33,814 bases of DNA, taken from assembly GCA_025603075.1 (NCBI GenBank), contig MU626465.1, forward strand, positions 1 to 33,814. The letters are read 5' to 3'. This document shows positions 1-9,070 of this stretch, one piece after another (position 1 is the stretch's first letter; every line of letters starts with the position of its first letter). The notes below the pieces were generated by a model that saw only the letters and a list, made by a program, of their open reading frames with translations, was not told where the DNA came from and made no database searches. A program made the position numbers and the translations under genes. The stretch comes from Neoconidiobolus thromboides FSU 785 (Eukaryota > Fungi > Entomophthoromycota).

Positions 1-125
1 TCACTATTTCCAATAGTATAATAATCTAAATCATCTACTTTAGAAAAGGAACCCTGAATCTGATAATCTCCTGGGTTGACTATAACAGCTGGAGTAGAAC
101 AGCATTCTTTGGGTATAACTAACAT
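1..125 (-). CDS. Dienelactone hydrolase family protein, 5' part of exon 1 (gene continues beyond the left edge)
   Basis: ATG at 125 reads MLVIPKECCSTPAVIVNPGDYQIQGSFSKVDDLDYYTIGNS. Bases 1-95 are identical to 1981-2075 of the neighbouring DLH gene. Confidence 0.85.
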   Translation of the reverse strand, partial: MLVIPKECCSTPAVIVNPGDYQIQGSFSKVDDLDYYTIGNS

Positions 126-599
126 GCTTTTTTTAAGTTTGATCAGTATTATAATGAGGTTTATATACTCTTTTAGACTTTTTTTTATCAAGCTTCAACT
201 TTATCATATTTTACTCAAGAACAGTATTAAAAAGTTGGTTTTTTATTCTTTAAAAATAGAATTTATATCCCTTGAAATTAGAAAATATATAATATAAAAT
301 TAATATTATTAGCTTATAATAATAAAACTAAATTAGAAAGTGGGCAACAGTTTATATATATTTCTAATTGTGTTATTGAAATTTTTAATTTTTATAGTTA
401 TAAATCTTGATAAAATGTTTGATTAATTATTAAACTATATTGAATTAAAATAAAAGATACGTTAATAATGTTACTTGATCAATATTAAATAAAATGCGTA
501 TTACTCAATTTATTACCGTTTGTAGTTGTTAAATATTAAATATTAAATATACCTTTAATATAAACTATTATATAAAAATAATCTCATCATGAGGTCTAA

Positions 600-900
600 T
601 AACAAGATTGGTTTCTAGCTATTATTAGATTTTAGCGATCTTTACCCGATAACGTTTATGAATTTTTCAAAACCTTTATTTGAATAAGCCGATGAATTGA
701 CTATTCTCTTGATCAAAAAAGTTTAACGGGTAAAAACCAAGTAGATTACTTCCCCTTTATCTCCCTCTCTTCCGTGATTATATGGGACTCTATCTGGAGA
801 ACAGTAGTAAGATAGATCCCATTTCATCCTCCTAATTCTTCCAAAGATAGAAAAGTATTGGACTCGAATCTTACCTTACCAGGCAGTTCCATTCAATGAT
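600..900 (+). pseudogene. Possible decayed non-LTR retrotransposon (LINE) C-terminal fragment
   Basis: GC-richer island. A stop-interrupted plus frame reads ...FISLSSVIIWDSIWRTVVR*IPFHPP, loosely like the W-x-IW...PF-x-P tail of L1-like RT proteins. Weak resemblance only. Confidence 0.2.
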
Positions 901-1001
901 GTTGGTCTTTAATTTTACTGACTTAAGTATTTTTTATTTTCATTAATAAAACACTTAGGATTTCGGCCCCTCAAGGACGAAATAACAACAATAACAATAA
1001 C

Positions 1002-1107
1002 ACATGGAGGTGTTTTTTTTTGTTTCATTACTTTTTCTATTTTCAAGCACTATTTGAGAGGAGAAATTGTTAATAAAACTGTTAAGCAAAAAAATACATC
1101 CCTATAT
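1002..1107 (-). mobile_element. MITE family copy (GGGGATG/CATCCCC family), reverse orientation
   Basis: ACAT-GGAGGTG...AAGCACTATTTGAGAGGAGAAATTGTTAATAAAAC...CATCCCT-ATAT; matches the family consensus. Confidence 0.85.
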
Positions 1108-1265
1108 AAAATTAAATTGAAACAAATAATTATGTTTGAATTCTAAAAATTTTATCAATACAGAAACAAATCATGATGCTAGCTGCTTTATTTTCAAATT
1201 ATATTTCTTTTAATTCCTTAAAATGTAGACCAACAACTCAATTATTACTAAGTAATATTAACACT

Positions 1266-2105
1266 TTATTTAAAATATTTTGTTAAAAAATGTTGACTAG
1301 CAGTAAGGAGATCATTAACTCTTTTAAAGTTTTCGCTATTTTGGAAGTCACCTCTTGCTGCTGCAAACCCATGGACTTGATCAGTGAAATCATGAAGTTC
1401 ACTTTTAGATTTTACATCTGATGAAATTAAGTCAAAAAATGGAATCTAATAGAGTGAAGATTAGAAACAAAATAAACTTGACTATTAAAATAGCTTACAA
1501 TATCTTTTTCTTGTTCAGTAGGAGCTAATAAAATAGGATACTTTAAATCTTTGAAGTTTTGTTCTGTTAACATAGAAGGATGAATAGCAATACCAGCTAC
1601 AAATTGATTACTATTCAATGCATCAAATAGCATTAATCCACCCCAACAGAATCCGATCAAAGCATATTGATTATTAGGAGTAGATTTGTTAAAGTGATTG
1701 ATTAATAAAGTTAAGTCTTTTGATACTCTATTCTCATAGCCATTCTCTACTCCTGCCCAGTTAATAAGTTTTTGAATACTACAATACATAAAATAAGGTT
1801 GAATTAATTGGGATAAATAAAACTTACTCTTTAGGTGGTAAATCACTTTCAGGCCATGGCTTTCCACGAAAGAAATCTGGAACAATGATTTGATATCCAG
1901 TTAATTTACATAAAATATCAGAGAACTGAAAGTTGTTGGTATGATAACCTAGGATATCATAAAGCAATATAACCTTTTTATCACTATTTCCAATAGTATA
2001 ATAATCTAAATCATCTACTTTAGAAAAGGAACCCTGAATCTGATAATCTCCTGGGTTGACTATAACAGCTGGAGTGGAGCAACATTCTTTAGATATGGTT
2101 GACAT
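1266..2105 (-). CDS. Dienelactone hydrolase family protein (AIM2-like), 3 exons: 2105-1828, 1778-1499, 1445-1266
   Basis: N-terminal CC motif, YDILG, VPDFFRG, nucleophile elbow GFCWGG and C-terminal HGFAAARG. GT-AG introns 1779-1827 and 1446-1498 restore one frame ending ...TKYFK*. Confidence 0.92.
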
Positions 2106-2316
2106 TTTTTTATAACAGTTTTTTTAAGTTAATGTTTGTACATTGATAGCTTTTATACTTTTAAAGTTTGATTTTTATTGGACTTAACTATTTTGATTTT
2201 TTTTAAGAATAAAATTAGCTCTTTTGATGATGCATTCTAAATAAATTGCAATTGAAATTTTACTATTAGTAATCTAAACAAGTCATCAAAAGTATTGAAT
2301 TAATAATATTGTTGAA

Positions 2317-2345
2317 ATTTGATAATAATTTAATTATTATCAAAT
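2317..2345. repeat. 29-bp AT-rich palindrome (14-bp arms, 1-nt spacer)
   Basis: ATTTGATAATAATT-T-AATTATTATCAAAT, in the divergent intergenic region between the DLH gene and lipase 1. Confidence 0.9.
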
Positions 2346-3143
2346 CTACCATTATTATTTATAAATAGTAGTGTTTATTTAATTCATTATAATATTGGAT
2401 TCAATATAAGAAATGTATTAATAATACTACCATACCAACTTTATAAAAAACGCGTATTAGTAAAGCTGTTTATATTTATAGATATTAATAATAGTTATAC
2501 TATGAATGCAACCTATTTCTTAAAAGTATTCCTACCATAAAAGGATGCAACACTTATAAATTTATTTATTACATTTTTAGCCAATAAATATGAACTTATC
2601 AGCTTATTCAAATAAAGATTTTAAATTCATTATCTTTAATTAAAATGAAAATGAGTTTTAATGGGCAGAAAGTGGTTATGTACCAAATTAACATAATGCA
2701 TGGGTTTAATAAATCTCAATCTTAAACTTAGTGCTAAATTAATGAATGACTAATAGTATTGTAAAAAATTCATACTGACTTAGTTTATTATAACTAGGAA
2801 TATGGTTTGTTTACTTTTATAAAACTTAATTTAAAAAAATTCATAAACGTTTTTAAGCTTTGGGTTCTTTTTGATCAAGAAGGTTTAATATAAATTTTAT
2901 TTGTGTCTAATAATAACTCATTTTGTTTTTTATACATATAATATATACCAATAAAATAAATAATTGAATTCTTTAACTTATTGTTATTTATTTTTATTCT
3001 CTTATTAGTGTTAGTTTATAAACTTTATCTAAATAGGATCATCAAGTGATAAACCAAAAATTATATTTAGCTAAATATTAAAATTTCAACATTCGTAGTT
3101 TTGTTTTTGAAGAAACAATTAGCAATATCAACTACTTTAAGAA

Positions 3144-4145
3144 ATGAATTACACTTTTATACTACTATTTTATTGCACTATTTTGGCTCTACTCCAAAGC
3201 CAAAGGTTCCGTATTAATTCATTTCAAAACTATCCAACCATTATACCTCCAAGAGAATCGGATGATGCAGCCTATGAAACCAACTTAATAGACAACTTAA
3301 TGAACCTGACTGTCAATGCTGAAGATAATGAGATAACAAAAAGTGAACGTACCTTAATTATCTCGAAAATCAAAAAGACTACCGAAGAAGAATCTAAAGA
3401 CTATGTGCTTTTTGCATCTTCTGTCTATTGTCCTAAAGAGCAAATAATAAATTGGTCCTGTTCACGGTGTCGTTTAAGAAGCGATATTACTCAAGCTATG
3501 GTATTTGAACATAAAAATACGGAGTCTCGAGCTTTTATCACCGTTGACCACAAAAATCGTAATGTAATTATTGCCTTTCGTGGTAGTGCCAATTTAAAAA
3601 ATTGGTTACAAAATGTCAAGATACTTAAAAGTGAATTGCTTCCTGATAATCCAGAAGTACAAGTACATCTTGGTTTTAAACAATGTATGGGTGCTTTAAG
3701 GCCAAATTATTTACCTGTAATTTCTAACTTGTTAAAAACTTACCCGAATTACCATTTAATTGTTACTGGTCACTCTTTAGGTGGTGCAGTAGCCTCACTA
3801 GCAGCAGCAGATCTTTATTTTACTTTAAAACTACCTTCTGAAAGAGTAAAATTATTCACTTATGGTGAACCTCGAGTAGGTAATAATGAATTTGCTAAAT
3901 GGTATGATTTATTGCCCTATTATTCTTCAAGGGTAGTGAATAAAAATGATATTGTACCACGATTACCACCTAGATTATTAGGGTTTTCTCATCGTAACAA
4001 TGAGATCTGGTTGACAAAATCAGGATCACAGCAGTGCTCTTCCCTAGCATTAGAAGATTCAAAATGTTCATTGTCTGTCAATTCTTTTCTCTCAGTTACA
4101 GATCATATGAAATATTGGGATACACAAATGGGACATAAATGCTAG
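3144..4145 (+). CDS. Secreted class 3 triacylglycerol lipase (lipase 1), intronless
   Basis: Signal-peptide-like N-terminus, AFRGS, VHLGF, GHSLGG (Ser), TYGEPRVGN, NDIVP (Asp), DH near the C-terminus (His). Confidence 0.95.
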   Translation: MNYTFILLFYCTILALLQSQRFRINSFQNYPTIIPPRESDDAAYETNLIDNLMNLTVNAEDNEITKSERTLIISKIKKTTEEESKDYVLFASSVYCPKEQIINWSCSRCRLRSDITQAMVFEHKNTESRAFITVDHKNRNVIIAFRGSANLKNWLQNVKILKSELLPDNPEVQVHLGFKQCMGALRPNYLPVISNLLKTYPNYHLIVTGHSLGGAVASLAAADLYFTLKLPSERVKLFTYGEPRVGNNEFAKWYDLLPYYSSRVVNKNDIVPRLPPRLLGFSHRNNEIWLTKSGSQQCSSLALEDSKCSLSVNSFLSVTDHMKYWDTQMGHKC

Positions 4146-4474
4146 AACTGGGTGAATTTGGAGCTAAAAGTAGATTGTAGAGTTTTAGACAAAAAGGTTG
4201 AATTAACCTTACTGCAAGCTTATCCATTTTAAATGTAGCATTTAAATAGTTAGTAGTGATTAAATTTTTAATTGATAGATTTTGAGTCTTTTTTAAAATT
4301 AGTATTTATTAAGTAGAATAAGTGAAACTAGGTACATCATTTATAGAGTTTTACATGGTAATAACTTATTTTTATTATGGTGTTTATATTTTTTGAAAGT
4401 AAATAGCTTTTTTAAAAAAGTCTCTAAGGTTTCTGATGGTTTTTGAATTCAAAACTTACTGTTAAAAAAACTCG

Positions 4475-4579
4475 ATATGGGGATATATTTGTGTTCAAGA
4501 ATTTTACCAATAAATTTTCCGCTCAAATAGCGCTTAAAAGGTGGAAAAAGTAATGAAATCGAAAAGATTATCCCCATAT
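4475..4579 (+). mobile_element. MITE family copy with ATAT flanks
   Basis: ATAT-GGGGATA...TATCCCC-ATAT, with internal AAGAATTTTACCAATAAATTTTCCGCTCAAATAGCGCTTAAAAGGTGGAAAAAG. Confidence 0.92.
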
Positions 4580-4987
4580 AATAATTTTTATATCAAGTAT
4601 TAATAAAAAATGTACTTCATCAAATACAAATATTTATTTATAACAAATAACACCTTTTTAATATATACAAGTTCTAAAAATTTTAATGTTTTTAACTTAA
4701 AATTATAAACTATTTTTTGAAAAATATAGCTTAAAATTTTTAATATGTTAATAAATAAAATAAAAGATATTTCATCTTAATATCATGTCATCCCATGTAA
4801 AGGATACAAAAAAATCAATCAGAAACTGATATATTTATTTCATACACCTTTTTTTCTACTCTGCCTTTCCTAGTCTTAGTGGTCTTAATTTCTTTTGTAC
4901 TCTTTAAATAGGATCTTCTGATGATAGTCGATTTTTAAAAAAATGAATACTAAAAAATAGTAACAATACTTTTTATTGAGTTTAAAA

Positions 4988-5989
4988 ATGAGCTATACTC
5001 TCAAACTATTATTTTATTTCTACTTATTACTAGCATATATTAAAAGTGTTGTTAGTAAATCATTTAGAGATGAAGCTACTATAGTAGCCGAAGAAGAATT
5101 TCTTGATACCTTGAGTTATGAAGCCACTCTAATAAATAATTTGATGAATTTAACAGTTAACGAAGAGGATAATAAATTAACTGAGAGAGAACGAACTCTA
5201 ATAATATCCAAATTAAAAAAGATGGATGAACAAGAATCAAATAAATACGCCATTTTTGCATCAACTGCATATTGCCCTAAAGAATTATTGGCATCATGGA
5301 CATGTTCACGTTGCCTCTTAAGAAATGACATAAAACAAGCAACTATATTTGAAGATAAAAGGACCGAAACAAGAACATTTATAACAATAGATGATAAAAA
5401 TCAAGCGATAGTTATAGCTTTCCGTGGTAGTGCTAATTTAAAAAATTGGCTTCAAAATGTCAAGATACTTAGAACTCGTTTACTACCTGACAAACCTGAT
5501 ATCCAAGTCCATTTAGGATTTAAAGGATGTGCAGAAGCTTTAAGACCTTATTATTTACCCATTATTTCCAATTTATTAAAAATTTATCCAGATTACCATT
5601 TAGTCGTTACTGGTCATTCGTTGGGCGGCGCTATTGCTACTTTAGCCGCCGCAGACATATTCCTTAGCTTAAGCTTGCCACCTGAAAGAATGAAGCTTTT
5701 CACTTATGGAGAGCCAAGGGTTGGTAACAATAATTTCGCTAAATGGTATGATTCTTTCTCTTTTTATACATCAAGGGTGGTCAATAAATATGATATCGTA
5801 CCTCGACTACCACCAAGGTTGTTGGGGTTTTCACATCATAATAATGAGCTTTGGATAACTAAATCGGGGACAATACAATGTTCATCACTGACATTAGAAG
5901 ATGCTAAATGTTCTGTTTCTGTTAATTCTTTATTGTCTGTGGATGATCATCTTTCTTATTTTGATCTTCATATGGGTCGTGCATGTTAA
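4988..5989 (+). CDS. Secreted class 3 lipase (lipase 2), intronless; closest paralog of lipase 1
   Basis: First ATG at 4988 (the ORF track starts at an upstream TTG). AFRGSANLKNWLQNVKIL is shared with lipase 1; GHSLGG, YDIVP and DH triad present. Confidence 0.95.
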   Translation: MSYTLKLLFYFYLLLAYIKSVVSKSFRDEATIVAEEEFLDTLSYEATLINNLMNLTVNEEDNKLTERERTLIISKLKKMDEQESNKYAIFASTAYCPKELLASWTCSRCLLRNDIKQATIFEDKRTETRTFITIDDKNQAIVIAFRGSANLKNWLQNVKILRTRLLPDKPDIQVHLGFKGCAEALRPYYLPIISNLLKIYPDYHLVVTGHSLGGAIATLAAADIFLSLSLPPERMKLFTYGEPRVGNNNFAKWYDSFSFYTSRVVNKYDIVPRLPPRLLGFSHHNNELWITKSGTIQCSSLTLEDAKCSVSVNSLLSVDDHLSYFDLHMGRAC

Positions 5990-6018
5990 TTTTAATTTTA
6001 ATTATGATTAAAATGAAT

Positions 6019-6215
6019 AAATGGAAATGTATTAAGAATTTTACTAACAATCTTTTCGCTCAAATAGCACTTAAAAAATGGAAAAAGTGGGGATGGTTTT
6101 TTTGGTTTTATTATTTTTTCGACCTTTTAAGCACTATTTGAGTAGAAACATTGTTGGTAAAATCCTTGAACAAAAAAATACATCCCCAAGTGATGAAATT
6201 AAAAAAGCCTTAAAT
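6019..6215 (+). mobile_element. MITE copy (host) split by a nested copy
   Basis: The left part ends ...ATGGAAAAAGT at 6088 and the consensus resumes AAGTGATGAAATTAAAAAAG at 6188. Confidence 0.85.
6089..6187 (-). mobile_element. Nested MITE copy with 4-bp target-site duplication AAGT
   Basis: AAGT(6085-6088)-GGGGATG...CATCCCC-AAGT(6188-6191). Uninterrupted copies carry a single AAGT at this position. Confidence 0.92.
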
Positions 6216-6593
6216 AAAAAATAAAAAAGATTGAGTTTGCGTTTATGTAGATAACATTTAGTCTCTGAATAATTCAATTTTATTTAAAAACCTTAGAGTT
6301 CTTTATGTAAGTATTCATTTAAGTTAGTGTCTAGAAAGAGTTGAGTTATTTGACTACAGCTTTACCACTTTAAAATAAAAGTTAAGACTTTTTTGTTTTA
6401 TTTGTCTTTAATTTTAAATCAACTGAGCCCCATATTAAAATCATCAAAAGAAGTAAATCTTAAACTAAAATAAGTTCAAAACCAGATTAAATGACGATCA
6501 TAAAAACAAAAACAACCATTTAGTTAGTATATATTTTTAAACTAATATTTAGCTAAAAATTCATTTTGGGTTTGAATTTATCTAAATCTTAAA

Positions 6594-7709
6594 ATGCGTT
6601 CATTTCTCCTATTCATATTACTATTAGTATTAACAATAAACATAGCCCCGATAGTGAGTGACAACAAATTTGGGTTAGGACTGTTCTCTAAAATGTTTAA
6701 AACTGGGGTAGGAGCAACGCTTGGGATCACAGTTGGAAGTGCAAAAATGATTGGTAGTACTATAAGACAAGCAGTAACCGTACCAGTTAAAATACTTAAC
6801 ACAACAGCAGGTGTATTGCTAAACCCACTTAGTTTTGCAGACAGAATGAAAGGGGATTTAAATTCCTTAGTACACGAATTTACAGATACAAAGCTAAAAA
6901 TATTACCACTGCCTAAAAATAGTACGTTAAAATTAGTCGAAGAAGATGATGCTAAAATGATATTTAACTATGCCGGTGCCTCGCTGTGCGGGGACACCAA
7001 TTTAACGTATTGGAACTGTACATTTTGCTCGAGGATACCAACAGCTAAAGTATATGGCATTTATCTAGATCCAAGTACAGAAGGAAGAGCCATATCAGCG
7101 GTAGATACCACAAAAGGCATCATTGCACTTGCATTTCGTGGTACCTCAAATATTCAAAATTGGCTACAAAATTCAAAATTCGTGCTAACTGAATTATACC
7201 CAGGTAAGCCAGGAGTTGAAGTACACTCTGGGTTTAAATTAGTTACAGATAACTTATTTAGTTTATATAAAGAGGATCTAAAAACTCTACTAGAAGAATA
7301 CCCAGATTATAAAGTAGTTGTTACTGGACATTCATTAGGCGGTGCTATCTCTACCCTGTCGACAATTAAAGTTAAAGATGAATTTAATGTCAGCGATGAT
7401 AAACTAATAAATGTAAGCTATGGTTCCCCAAGAGTAGGGAATTATGATTTTGCATACAAATATAATTATATGAAGCATAGCGCTTTAAGAGTTACCAATG
7501 CTAGAGACATTGTTCCTCACTTCCCTCCAAGGTCTATGAATTATGTTCACGTTTTAGCGGAGCTGTGGGTTAAAAATTCCAAATCAAAAGGCAAGTTATG
7601 TAACAATAAAATATTTGAGGATGGATTTTGTTCTATATCAGGGGAGCCTTACCTTTTAACTAAGGATCACCTTGCTTATTGGGAGTTGTCATTGACTGAT
7701 ATTTGTTAA
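6594..7709 (+). CDS. Secreted class 3 lipase (lipase 3), intronless, long propeptide
   Basis: Signal peptide, AFRGT, VHSGF, GHSLGG, SYGSPRVGN, RDIVP, DH. Confidence 0.95.
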   Translation: MRSFLLFILLLVLTINIAPIVSDNKFGLGLFSKMFKTGVGATLGITVGSAKMIGSTIRQAVTVPVKILNTTAGVLLNPLSFADRMKGDLNSLVHEFTDTKLKILPLPKNSTLKLVEEDDAKMIFNYAGASLCGDTNLTYWNCTFCSRIPTAKVYGIYLDPSTEGRAISAVDTTKGIIALAFRGTSNIQNWLQNSKFVLTELYPGKPGVEVHSGFKLVTDNLFSLYKEDLKTLLEEYPDYKVVVTGHSLGGAISTLSTIKVKDEFNVSDDKLINVSYGSPRVGNYDFAYKYNYMKHSALRVTNARDIVPHFPPRSMNYVHVLAELWVKNSKSKGKLCNNKIFEDGFCSISGEPYLLTKDHLAYWELSLTDIC

Positions 7710-7889
7710 TCCTTATGTTATTTGTATTTATCAAATAAAGTTTCAAAATAAATAAACTTACATTGGTTACTTTTGTTTACTTTTAACGATTTTTCTTTAT
7801 GATATTATTAAATTTCTTATCTAGCTGTTTAACTTCAAATCCGAAGTGTTTCGTTTCCTCCAAATTTAATTTAAATGTGAATGGGCTTC

Positions 7890-7996
7890 ATATGGGGATG
7901 TATTTTTGTATTTAAGAATTTTACTAACAAATTTTCCACTCAAATAGTGCTTAAAAAATGGAAAAAATAATGAAGCCAAAAAAAACATCCCCATAT
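7890..7996 (+). mobile_element. MITE family copy, near-consensus, ATAT flanks
   Basis: ATAT-GGGGATGT...ACATCCCC-ATAT. Confidence 0.93.
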
Positions 7997-8156
7997 TTTG
8001 TATTTGAATTCATTGTAATAATTTAAATTTTGCATTTACAAAAAAAATGCTCATTGATGTTTTAATTAAATTTCAAGAAAACACTACACATTGAAGCTAA
8101 ATAACTATCGTTTATTGTTAACATTTTATAAGTAACTTATTATAGGTTTTTGAGTT

Positions 8157-8590
8157 TATGCTGTAAGGTCTTATTTGTCAAATAAAAATACACCTCACCT
8201 TCAACAAATAAAAAGATTTGAAGCTAAATATTAAGCAGAGATTTGTCCTTAATTGTAGCTTTGTAGCTATATTACAATTAAACCTAACTTATAGTAATTT
8301 CTAATCTCAGTATTTACTAATATAGTTTTTTAATGCCTAACCTTTGATTTTTTTTAGCAAAATTTTACCCTTAAATAAACTATTAGTTAAAAAGAGTTAC
8401 AAAGCTGTAGTTAAACAAAAAATACATTTCCATTCATTCTTAAGAATTTTACTAATTTTTCCACTCAAGTAGTGCTTAAAAATTGAAAAAGTCGTGAAAC
8501 TAAAAAAATATTCTTAAATCTCTACTTAATATTTGGCTGTAAACCCTTTTATTTGTTGATATGTTTTTGACAAATAAGACCTTAGAGCTT
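8157..8590. repeat. Long imperfect inverted repeat (arms of about 75-90 bp), possible older foldback element
   Basis: TAAGGTCTTATTTGTCAAA and TCAACAAATAAAAAGATTTGAAGCTAAATATTAAGCAGAGATTT (8164-8244) are mirrored by 8516-8585 on the opposite strand. Confidence 0.75.
8412..8519 (+). mobile_element. Degenerate or rearranged MITE copy
   Basis: Core TAAGAATTTTACTAATTTTTCCACTCAAGTAGTGCTTAAAAATTGAAAAAGTCGTGAAAC, preceded by a reverse-orientation end fragment (AAAAAATACATTTCCAT). Confidence 0.8.
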
Positions 8591-9070
8591 AAGCCTAACA
8601 ACTTATATTATATCAGGTATTTAGCATTATTTAAAAAAATTAAAATGGCCTCATTAAGTGATTTTAAAAACATAAGTTGAGCTAAATAAAGATCCAATTG
8701 AATTAAATTTAAAAGACAAATTACTTCATCTCTTTTGTAAATCTTTAGCTGTCAATTTAAAAAAATAGTAGAATCGATTCAAATATAAAGGGTTAGAGTG
8801 CTAAAAAAATTAGCTTTCTAAATCGTCTAAAACTCCACTAGTTAATTTGCAATAGAGTTGAAATAGCTATAAATGCCATATTTTTAAATTTAAGATTAAA
8901 TTTAGTAAAATTAGTACATGTTTAAGAGTGAAAGGAAGATCACATAGATTAACCGTATCTTAAAGTGGTGTAAAAAAATAAAGAAAAATCATTGTTAATG
9001 ATATTTATAAAGACGATAAGAAACTGGTTTCTTAATTCAATTAATCATTAGTCTATATTCTAACTATAAA

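Noticed and set aside
76-297. 73-aa plus-strand ORF
   Set aside because: Antisense to the DLH 5' end, non-ATG start, low-complexity AT-rich translation.
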